NCBI GenBank assembly: GCA_034723415.1 | Contig: JAYEOX010000149.1 | Coordinates: 7,271-32,792 of the forward strand | Source of the DNA: Fidelibacterota bacterium | Lineage (GTDB): Bacteria > Fidelibacterota > Fidelibacteria > Fidelibacterales > Fidelibacteraceae | DNA length: 25,522 nucleotides | Reading direction: 5' to 3' | Part shown: one piece after another, positions 1-7,320 of the stretch | How positions within the stretch are numbered: the first letter of the stretch is position 1 | How the letters are laid out: each line of letters opens with the position of its first letter | Notes under the pieces: generated by a model | Told to the model about the DNA's origin: nothing | Database searches by the model: none | The model's input: only the letters and a program-made list of their open reading frames with translations | Program-made: the position numbers and the translations under genes

Positions 1-38
1 AACAAAAAACACCCTGCAAAAAATATCACAGAGTGTTT
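1..38 (-). terminator. Rho-independent terminator of the tRNA-Cys/tRNA-Leu transcript
   Basis: On the minus strand, AAACACTCTG (38..29) pairs with CAGGGTGTTT (16..7) with one G-U pair, followed by a T-rich tail. It starts 2 nt after the tRNA-Leu discriminator. Confidence 0.75.
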
Positions 39-40
39 AG

Positions 41-126
41 TACCGAAGACCGGACTTGAACCGGTACAGACAAAAATGTCCGAGGGATTTTAAGTCCCTT
101 GCGTCTGCCAATTCCGCCACTTCGGC
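41..126 (-). tRNA. tRNA-Leu (anticodon TAA)
   Basis: Reverse complement GCCGAAGTGGCGGAATTGGCAGACGCAAGGGACTTAAAATCCCTCGGACATTTTTGTCTGTACCGGTTCAAGTCCGGTCTTCGGTA. Acceptor stem GCCGAAG/CTTCGGT, anticodon loop CT-TAA-AA, long variable arm, T-loop GTTCAAGTC, discriminator A. CCA is not encoded (followed by CTA). Confidence 0.97.
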
Positions 127-135
127 ATTTTAATG

Positions 136-208
136 AGGCGACGGCCGGATTCGAACCGGCGCGTAAAGATTTTGCAGACCTCCCCCTTAGCCACTTGGGT
201 ACGTCGCC
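136..208 (-). tRNA. tRNA-Cys (anticodon GCA)
   Basis: Reverse complement GGCGACGTACCCAAGTGGCTAAGGGGGAGGTCTGCAAAATCTTTACGCGCCGGTTCGAATCCGGCCGTCGCCT. Acceptor stem GGCGACG/CGTCGCC, anticodon loop CT-GCA-AA, T-loop GTTCGAATC, U73 discriminator typical of Cys. CCA is not encoded. Confidence 0.97.
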
Positions 209-229
209 ATCTTATTCAAATAGCTACAT

Positions 230-258
230 ATAATATAATAATTTTTTCTAAAAAACAA
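230..258 (-). promoter_or_regulatory. Putative sigma70-type promoter for the tRNA pair
   Basis: Minus strand TTGTTT (258..253), 17 bp, TATTAT (235..230), about 20 nt upstream of tRNA-Cys. The AT-rich background lowers specificity. Confidence 0.4.
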
Positions 259-311
259 CTGTTTTTCTTATTTATTTTTTTTAACTTTAAAGTAAAATAT
301 AAGGAAATAAC

Positions 312-1571
312 ATGAAAAATTTAAAAATAATAAGTGACAAAAAAATAATAGAGATCACCAAATCATTTAATTTGCCAATTTATGTCTATGATGAAAACAC
401 ATTATTGGAATCTGCAAAACAAGTAATTAATTTTCCCAATGCTTATGGGTTTACACCGAGATACGCAATCAAAGCACTCTCTACAGCTGCAATATTAAAA
501 TTATTCAATGAATATGGATTACATTTCGATGCAAGTTCCGGCTATGAAGTTGAGAGAGCAATTAGAATCGGTATCACTCCTGATAAAATTCAACTTACTT
601 CACAGGAATTGCCTAATAATATTGAAGAATTTGTAAAAAAGGGAATTATTTTCAATGCCACTTCCCTTTTCCAATTAGAATCTTATGGGAAATTGTTTCC
701 TGATACAAATATTAGCATAAGAATAAATCCCGGTATGGGTTCCGGTCATGTAAAACGAGTAAATGTCGGTGGACCATCTTCCAGCTTTGGTATTTGGAAA
801 GATGACATTCCACAAGCAAAAATAATTGCAAAAAAATATAATTTAAAAATTAATAAATTACATACACATATCGGTTCAGGAACAGATCCGGATATTTGGA
901 AAAAAGTTGCGAAATTAAGTTTGAATACAGTAAAATTATTTCCTAATGTTCACACATTGAATCTTGGAGGTGGATTTAAAGTTGCTCACTCTGATCATGA
1001 AAAAACTACAGATATCCAGAACACCGGAAATATAATTAAAGATATTTTCATGGATTTTTACAAAGAAACCGGAAGAAAAATAAAATTAGAGATCGAACCC
1101 GGAAATTATCTCGTTACTAAATCAGGAATTTTAATTACAAAAATAATTGATAAAAATTATACAGGTAAAGATGGATATAATTTCATTAAAATTAATAGTG
1201 GGATAACAGAGATCACTCGCCCGGCAATGTATGGCTCCTTTCATTCGATGTATATTATAAAAAATAATGAAAATAATATCAATGAAGAAGAAGAAACAAT
1301 TGTAGTTGGACACTGTTGCGAAAGTAGTGATATTCTAACACCGGAAATTAATGATCCTGAAGAATTACAACCTGTAAAACTTAAGAGAGCAGAAATTGGT
1401 GATTATCTCATTGTTGAAAATATCGGTGCTTACTGCTCTTCTATGTCTTTCAGCAATTATAACTCATTTCCACAAGCAGGAGAATTACTTTTGAAATCTG
1501 ATGAAAATCTAAAAGTCATTCGTAAAAAACAAACAATGGAACAGATAATTCAAAATGAAGTTACGAGTTAA
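312..1571 (+). CDS. lysA: Diaminopimelate decarboxylase (fold type III PLP decarboxylase)
   Basis: Motifs PIYVYD, YAIKA (PLP lysine), FDASS, HTHIGS, NLGGG, IEPGNY, RPAMY, GHCCES, GAYCSSM...NYNS. 419 aa. AAGGA SD at 301-305. Confidence 0.85.
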   Translation: MKNLKIISDKKIIEITKSFNLPIYVYDENTLLESAKQVINFPNAYGFTPRYAIKALSTAAILKLFNEYGLHFDASSGYEVERAIRIGITPDKIQLTSQELPNNIEEFVKKGIIFNATSLFQLESYGKLFPDTNISIRINPGMGSGHVKRVNVGGPSSSFGIWKDDIPQAKIIAKKYNLKINKLHTHIGSGTDPDIWKKVAKLSLNTVKLFPNVHTLNLGGGFKVAHSDHEKTTDIQNTGNIIKDIFMDFYKETGRKIKLEIEPGNYLVTKSGILITKIIDKNYTGKDGYNFIKINSGITEITRPAMYGSFHSMYIIKNNENNINEEEETIVVGHCCESSDILTPEINDPEELQPVKLKRAEIGDYLIVENIGAYCSSMSFSNYNSFPQAGELLLKSDENLKVIRKKQTMEQIIQNEVTS

Positions 1572-1596
1572 AAAAATAGCCACGAATTCACGAATA
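1572..1596 (+). repeat. Left copy of 25-bp direct repeat (AAAAATAGCCACGAATTCACGAATA), containing an internal CACGAATT octamer tandem
   Basis: 24/25 identical to 6485..6509. Starts immediately after the lysA stop. Confidence 0.85.
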
Positions 1597-1689
1597 ATAA
1601 TATATCAATTAAATAAAAATATGACAGCACAAAAAAATAGTAAGCTTGGAATTTATTTATTCTAATAGAAAATATTTCATCCATATCAT

Positions 1690-1718
1690 TTGCATATTAA
1701 CAAATAATTTTATATCTT
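1690..1718 (+). promoter_or_regulatory. Putative sigma70-type promoter of the amr operon
   Basis: TTGCAT (1690-1695), 17 bp, TATCTT (1713-1718). SD-like AGGTGA at 1733-1738 before the ATG at 1743/1749. Confidence 0.5.
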
Positions 1719-1742
1719 AATTAAAAAAAGATAGGTGAAAAT

Positions 1743-2825
1743 ATGAAAATGAAAAAGATAATTTTATTTCTATTGATCTTATTCACTTCTTTAATTTATG
1801 CACAGGATACCGAAAAGCTAAAAGAAGCTCGCTACTACCAAAAGATGAAAAAAGATCGTGTCCACTGTCTGCTTTGCCCAAATAGTTGCATTTTGTCGGA
1901 AGGACAAACTGGCATATGTGGTGTTAGAAAAAATATCGATGGCAAACTATATTCATTGGTCTATAACAAACCAGTAGCAATAAACATTGATCCGGTAGAA
2001 AAAAAGCCGTTATATCACTTTTATCCCGGAACAAAAATTTTATCTATTGCTACAGTCGGCTGTAATATGCGATGTAATTTCTGTCAAAATTGGGAAATTT
2101 CTCAATCCAGACCAAACGAAGTAAAACCCTATAATATGACTCCTAAACAAATTGTTGAACTCGCAAAAAAATATAATTGCAAATCTATTGCATTCACTTA
2201 CACCGAGCCAACGATTTATTACGAATATATGCTTGACATTGCTAAACTCGCTAAAAAAGAGAATCTAAAAACTGTAATGGTTACCTGTGGATTCATCAAT
2301 GAAGAGCCATTTCGAGAGCTTGCAAAATATCTTGATGCAGCAAATATAGATCTAAAGGGATATTCTGAAAAATTCTATTCAACTTACACAACAGGAAAGT
2401 TACAACCGGTTTTAAATACATTAAAAATAGCTAAAGAGGAAGGATTACATTTAGAAATTACTAATTTGGTTATTCCTGATGCAAATGATGAACCTGAAAT
2501 GATACGTAATATGTGTAAATGGATAGTTGATTCTCTCGGAACAAATTACCCACTTCATTTTTCACGCTTTTTCCCAAAATATAAATTACTTAATCGTCCG
2601 CCGACACCATTAAAAACTTTGAAAAGGGCAAAAAAAATCGCTGAATCAGAAGGAATTAAACACATTTACATTGGAAATATTTCTACAGAATCCGAAGATA
2701 CATATTGCCCTAATTGCAACAAAAAAATTATCGATCGTTCCGGTTATAAAATAGAATCCATTCATATTAAAAATGGTAAATGTAAATATTGCGGAGAAAA
2801 AATTTATGGAAGATGGAATAAATAA
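1743..2825 (+). CDS. amrS: AmmeMemoRadiSam system radical SAM enzyme, with N-terminal Sec-type signal peptide
   Basis: N-terminal CLLCPNSC...GICGVR, IDPVEKKP, radical SAM motif GCNMRCNFCQNWEISQ, AFTYTEP, ANIDLK, HFSRFFP, YIGN, and C-terminal CPNC...CKYC. Leader MKKIILFLLILFTSLIYA-QD. Confidence 0.93.
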   Translation: MKMKKIILFLLILFTSLIYAQDTEKLKEARYYQKMKKDRVHCLLCPNSCILSEGQTGICGVRKNIDGKLYSLVYNKPVAINIDPVEKKPLYHFYPGTKILSIATVGCNMRCNFCQNWEISQSRPNEVKPYNMTPKQIVELAKKYNCKSIAFTYTEPTIYYEYMLDIAKLAKKENLKTVMVTCGFINEEPFRELAKYLDAANIDLKGYSEKFYSTYTTGKLQPVLNTLKIAKEEGLHLEITNLVIPDANDEPEMIRNMCKWIVDSLGTNYPLHFSRFFPKYKLLNRPPTPLKTLKRAKKIAESEGIKHIYIGNISTESEDTYCPNCNKKIIDRSGYKIESIHIKNGKCKYCGEKIYGRWNK

Positions 2826-2837
2826 AAGTTTGAAAAA

Positions 2838-5018
2838 ATGAAATCAATTTCCATTAATAAAACAAATCTGAAACAGTATCTAATTTTTATTATCTACGGG
2901 ATTGTATGCTCTATCGGGCAGACGATTCTACTTAGAGAATTGATGGTAGAAGTAAACGGAAACGAAATTATTTTTTCAATTTTTCTCTCACTTTGGTTAT
3001 TGATGGTGGCTTTTGGTTCTTTGTTACATAAGTGGTTTTCATTTTCATCCAAAATAGAATCAAAAGTAGAAATTCTTCTGTCTATTTTGATTGTCATAGT
3101 TTTAATTCAATTTCTTTCGATTCGTATTTTAACCGAAAAATTATCACTGATCTCAGGTTTACTTATAAATATACCAAACTTAATTTTACTTGCATTTATT
3201 ATCCTCACACCCGGTTGCCTGCTTATCGGCTATCTTTTTCCGTTAAATTGTAAATTAATAAATGCTCAAGATAAATCGGTACATATAGTTTACATACTTG
3301 AGTGCATTGGTATTATTATCGGCGGATTGATATTTATTACCACCATTTTCTTTTTTACAAATTTTTCAATTTTGATCATCACAGGTATAATTTCATTTAT
3401 TCTTCTCATTCTATATTCTAAGAAATTGTGGAAAATTATTTTGCTACTCATTTTCACTATTTTACTAATTTTTTCAAAAAATATTTTTATGAAAAATTAT
3501 TCATCGAGATATGCACCAAATAAATTAATTTCTTCAGAGGATTCAAGATATGGTCGATTCGATATTTCTCAAGGTGAAGAACAAAAAAATTATTTCTGGA
3601 ATGGTGTCTTATTTGCAAATTCGTCTAATAAAAAATATGCTGAAGAGATGGTAAATTTTATCCTTTTGCAAAACAATAAACCAAGATCTATTTTATTAAT
3701 TGGTGGTTTGTTAAACGGGTTTGTGGAAGAATTTTTAAAAAATGAAAATATAAATAGATTAGATTATCTTGAGCTTGATAAAAACATTATACACGAAAGT
3801 GAGACATTCAAAAAAAATATTTCCAAAGTAAATTTTATCAGCAAATTGGATGCAGTTGGATATTTAAAAAAAAGTAAGGAAAAATATGATATTATTTTCA
3901 TTGATTTTCCAGATCCGGCTTCACTATCTCTAAATAGATTTTATACACTACAATTTTTCAAATTACTGAAAAAACATCTACGATCTAAAAACAGCATAGC
4001 AGCAATTACGGTAAGTAACAGCGAAAATTATTTACTCCCGGAATTAGCGGAACTGAACAGAATAATTTACAATACTTTTTCAAATATTTTTAAAAATACT
4101 GTTTTCATTCCAGCAGAAAAGAATATTTTTATCGGATCCGACGAAAATTATATATCCAACAATACAGAAATACTGATCTCAAGAATGGAAGAGCAAAATC
4201 AAAATTGGAATTGGTTTAACGAAGCATTGATATTCGACACTTGCAACGAGTTACGGCTGCAAAATTTTTACCGTATTCTAAATAATAAGAAACAAAATAA
4301 CACAATTCTTAAACCGCTTGCTTATATTTCCACGATTCAATACTGGGCAAAACATCTTGATCTGGATTTAAAAAAGAATGTTAACTTTATTAAAAATAAT
4401 AAATTACTTGCATTTTCATTCCTGCTCATATCCATTATTTTTCTTTCGGTCTTATTCAACAGAAAAAATACTTATCATTTTTTCACTTCACTAACTCACA
4501 ACATAAATATTGTATCGATCAGTCTTTGTGCGTTTGTAATCCAAATTATTCTTCTCTATTCATTTCAGATTCAATTCGGTTATATTTATCTTGTAATTGC
4601 ATTTTTTACGCTATCTTTCATGATTGGATTAAGTGCCGGTTTCTTACTTGAAAAATATATTAAAATTAATCTATCTACTCTTTTTATAATAAATTTAATT
4701 TCAATTGCTGTGATTTTCTTTCTAATTTCATCTTCATTGCCGGTAGTTTTGTTTTTCATTTTGAATATTTTTATTTCCTCACAGGAAGGAGCAATACTTG
4801 CGAAGAATTTAAGTAAAAAATATAACTACGATAATAAAGATATTGCCGAAAAATTCTACTTTTTGGATACAATTGGAGCAACTGTCGGTGGTCTTGTTTT
4901 CGGAGTTATTTTTCTTCCTATTTATGGAATTAATATCTCTCTCGTTTTTATGATGTTTATTATTTTATTAAATATAGTAACTAATTTATTTACAGAAAAT
5001 ATTCTCAAAAACAAATAA
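2838..5018 (+). CDS. Polytopic membrane protein with central spermidine-synthase-like (class I SAM-binding) domain (fused MFS-like/spermidine synthase family)
   Basis: About 7 N-terminal hydrophobic helices with Q..LLREL...GNE and YILE.IG...GG motifs. Soluble domain with DSRYG, ILLIGG, YLELD, DA, KYDIIFIDFPDP...NRFYT..FF. About 7 further TM helices with Q..LLY.FQ..FGY and YFLD.IGA..GG. Confidence 0.8.
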   Translation: MKSISINKTNLKQYLIFIIYGIVCSIGQTILLRELMVEVNGNEIIFSIFLSLWLLMVAFGSLLHKWFSFSSKIESKVEILLSILIVIVLIQFLSIRILTEKLSLISGLLINIPNLILLAFIILTPGCLLIGYLFPLNCKLINAQDKSVHIVYILECIGIIIGGLIFITTIFFFTNFSILIITGIISFILLILYSKKLWKIILLLIFTILLIFSKNIFMKNYSSRYAPNKLISSEDSRYGRFDISQGEEQKNYFWNGVLFANSSNKKYAEEMVNFILLQNNKPRSILLIGGLLNGFVEEFLKNENINRLDYLELDKNIIHESETFKKNISKVNFISKLDAVGYLKKSKEKYDIIFIDFPDPASLSLNRFYTLQFFKLLKKHLRSKNSIAAITVSNSENYLLPELAELNRIIYNTFSNIFKNTVFIPAEKNIFIGSDENYISNNTEILISRMEEQNQNWNWFNEALIFDTCNELRLQNFYRILNNKKQNNTILKPLAYISTIQYWAKHLDLDLKKNVNFIKNNKLLAFSFLLISIIFLSVLFNRKNTYHFFTSLTHNINIVSISLCAFVIQIILLYSFQIQFGYIYLVIAFFTLSFMIGLSAGFLLEKYIKINLSTLFIINLISIAVIFFLISSSLPVVLFFILNIFISSQEGAILAKNLSKKYNYDNKDIAEKFYFLDTIGATVGGLVFGVIFLPIYGINISLVFMMFIILLNIVTNLFTENILKNK

Positions 5019-5028
5019 AGGAAGTTCT

Positions 5029-6492
5029 ATGAAAAGAAAAATTTTATTATCTGGTTTTATTATAGTTTTATTTGTCGGATTTTCATGCTCTCAAACACGC
5101 AAACCATATTTAGCAGGCAGCTGGTATCCTAAAAATAAAACAGAACTTAAAAATACTATTACTCATTTTTTTGATAAAGTTGAAATGGATCAATATCAAG
5201 AGAATATTGTGCCTTTCGGATTAATATCGCCTCACGCGGGAATTCGTTTTTCCGGGCCGGTTGCATCTTATGGCTATTCACTGCTAAATGATCAAAATTA
5301 CGATATCGTGATACTTTTGGGATCAAGTCACAAATATAATTTAGGAAAAATTTCAATCTATAATGGCGATCTTTACAAAACACCACTTGGGAAAACACCT
5401 GTAAACAAAAAAATTACAGAAAAACTTTTAAGCAAAAACAACAACTTCGTATTTAAGGAATATGTTCATAAAAATGAGAATAGTTTAGAATTACAAATGC
5501 CATTTTTACAATACCAATTGAAAGATTTTTCTGTTGTACCGATCTTAACATCTACAAATAATTTTTCACTATTAGATATGTTGGCAAATTCATTAATAGA
5601 AATAATTAAGAGTAGTGATAAAAAAATTCTTATTGTAGGAAGCACAGATATGTCACATTATCACGATTATCGATCAGCTGTAAAAATGGACAGACACACA
5701 ATAGATCTTATAGTAAATAACAAATGGGAAAAACTAAAAAAAGAGATTTCTCTTGGGAATTCCGAACTTTGTGGATATTACGCTATTTACACTTTCCTGA
5801 AAATAATGAAAGAATTTGAAAATGATAATGCAATACTTCTCAATTACAAAAATTCAGGAGATATTATGAAAAATACAAGATCACAAGGAGTAGTCGGATA
5901 TTCATCGATCGCATTTACAAATAAAAAAAATTCATCTAAATCTGAATTGAATTCCGAAGATAAAAAATATCTTTTAGAACTAACTAGAAAAAGTATAAAG
6001 TATTATCTCGATCATCAAAGATTATTAAAAGTTAAAAAACCTATTTCCGAAATATTAAATGCAGAGCGTGCTGTCTTCGTAACATTAAAAAAGGATTGTA
6101 ACTTACGTGGATGTATCGGCCAGTTGCACGCACAAATGTCACTTTATAAAGCGGTTTTGAGCATGTCTGTTTCGGCTGCATTCAATGATCATCGTTTTTC
6201 ACCATTAACGGATGAAGAATTTGATGATATAAATATAGAGATCTCTGTTCTAACTCCGATGCAGAAAATAGATAATATTGATGAGATAAAAATGGGCAGA
6301 GACGGAGTCTATATAAAGAAAAGAAACAGAAGTGGTGTGTTTTTACCACAAGTAGCAACTGAAACAAATTGGGATAAAATAACATTTCTAGAAAATCTCT
6401 GTTCTCATAAAGCGTTTTTATCAAAAGATGCGTATAAAGATGATGACACGGATATTTATATTTTTCAGGTGGAGAAGTTTAGAGAAAAATAG
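5029..6492 (+). CDS. amrB: AmmeMemoRadiSam protein B (MEMO1 family) / protein A (AMMECR1 family) fusion with lipoprotein-like leader
   Basis: MEMO domain: RKP..AGSWYP, SPHAG..FSG, GSSH, ENSLELQ.PFL, STDMSHY, LCG, NSGD, VVGY. AMMECR1 domain: AVFVTL, LRGCIG, AAFND.RF, EISVLTP, G.DG, SGVFLPQVA...W, F..EKF. Leader MKRKILLSGFIIVLFVGFSC. Confidence 0.93.
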   Translation: MKRKILLSGFIIVLFVGFSCSQTRKPYLAGSWYPKNKTELKNTITHFFDKVEMDQYQENIVPFGLISPHAGIRFSGPVASYGYSLLNDQNYDIVILLGSSHKYNLGKISIYNGDLYKTPLGKTPVNKKITEKLLSKNNNFVFKEYVHKNENSLELQMPFLQYQLKDFSVVPILTSTNNFSLLDMLANSLIEIIKSSDKKILIVGSTDMSHYHDYRSAVKMDRHTIDLIVNNKWEKLKKEISLGNSELCGYYAIYTFLKIMKEFENDNAILLNYKNSGDIMKNTRSQGVVGYSSIAFTNKKNSSKSELNSEDKKYLLELTRKSIKYYLDHQRLLKVKKPISEILNAERAVFVTLKKDCNLRGCIGQLHAQMSLYKAVLSMSVSAAFNDHRFSPLTDEEFDDINIEISVLTPMQKIDNIDEIKMGRDGVYIKKRNRSGVFLPQVATETNWDKITFLENLCSHKAFLSKDAYKDDDTDIYIFQVEKFREK

Positions 6493-6529
6493 CCGCGAAT
6501 TCACGAATATTTTTTAGTGTATTAGTGGC
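6485..6529. repeat. Right copy of the 25-bp direct repeat, extended into an imperfect REP-like hairpin between convergent amrB/A and lpxH (possible bidirectional terminator)
   Basis: 6485..6509 matches 1572..1596 at 24/25. GCCGCGAATTCACGAA (6492-6507) pairs with TTAGTGTATTAGTGGC (6514-6529): 12 Watson-Crick pairs, 1 G-U, 3 mismatches. Confidence 0.75.
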
Positions 6530-6549
6530 AAAATATTATACAAAAAATT

Positions 6550-7320
6550 TTATTCTCTCCTCCACTCCAAATGCGAAATTTCTTTTCCATCCCAGACGAC
6601 ATAACTTCTATGTCTGATCCAATCGCCTAAAATGATAGAATACTTATCATTAGTTTTTATCAACTTTGGATAGTGAATATGTCCCATCATTACAATATCA
6701 TGATCTGCATTATTTTTTATGTTCATAAATTTTATCATTTCATCCACATCTTCCAATTTAACAGTTGAATTATTATATCGAAATGTAATATTACTTACTT
6801 TTTCACCAATTTTATATATCAATGAAGCAGGCAATATTTTGAATAGTGAAATTATAATTTTTGATCTCAAGATTTTTTTCAATAATCTGTATCCACTATC
6901 ACGTTTCAATAGACCATCTCCATGCATCAGTAAAAATTTCTTATCATTGTGAATGAATTCAATTTTATTTGGATAGAAATATAAACCAATATTTTTTGTT
7001 AAGAATCCCTCTATCCAATAATCATGATTCCCAGCTATGAAGTGAATTTCAATTCCGGCTTTTTTTATCTCTTTCAAGTATTCTACAACTTCCGTCAAAT
7101 TTTTATGAATATAATTTCCATGATCAAACCAAAAATCAAAGAAATCACCAAGTAAAAAAAGTGTCCCTTTTGTTTCAATTATTTTTTCGAAAAGTGAAAA
7201 TAGATCTTTTCTTTTCTCAATTTCATTTTTAGATAATATTGTTGAAATATGAGTATCGGAAATAAAATAAAATGGTAATTTTAAATTACTATTCTTTAAA
7301 TTTTCATTTTTTTGGTTCAA
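6550..7320 (-). CDS. lpxH: UDP-2,3-diacylglucosamine diphosphatase (LpxH-like calcineurin-type metallophosphoesterase)
   Basis: Motifs FISDTH, LLGDFFDFW, IAGNHDYW, MHGDG...D.GY, MGHIH, ILGDW. Overlaps the aspS end by 17 bp; exact start uncertain. Confidence 0.8.
   Translation of the reverse strand: MNQKNENLKNSNLKLPFYFISDTHISTILSKNEIEKRKDLFSLFEKIIETKGTLFLLGDFFDFWFDHGNYIHKNLTEVVEYLKEIKKAGIEIHFIAGNHDYWIEGFLTKNIGLYFYPNKIEFIHNDKKFLLMHGDGLLKRDSGYRLLKKILRSKIIISLFKILPASLIYKIGEKVSNITFRYNNSTVKLEDVDEMIKFMNIKNNADHDIVMMGHIHYPKLIKTNDKYSIILGDWIRHRSYVVWDGKEISHLEWRRE

Noticed and set aside
1..126. tRNA-Leu as an integration site for an island
   Set aside because: The tRNA is followed directly by its terminator, and no duplicated tRNA 3' end or integrase was seen within the window.
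133..315. 60-aa plus-strand ORF (MRRRPDSNRR...)
   Set aside because: It is the antisense reading of tRNA-Cys plus the AT-rich promoter spacer, a typical spurious tRNA-shadow ORF.
1597..1742. Riboswitch (SAM or lysine) in the lysA-amrS spacer
   Set aside because: The spacer is extremely AT-rich with no recognisable aptamer core, and the putative promoter leaves only a very short leader.
2838..5018. Calling this gene speE
   Set aside because: The GGGDG loop is degenerate and the protein has about 14 TM helices, so canonical spermidine synthase function is not supported.
1572..6529. Direct repeats or short tandem repeats as a CRISPR array
   Set aside because: There are only two copies about 4.9 kb apart, no regular spacers and no cas genes. 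The 7-8-bp tandem units are too short.
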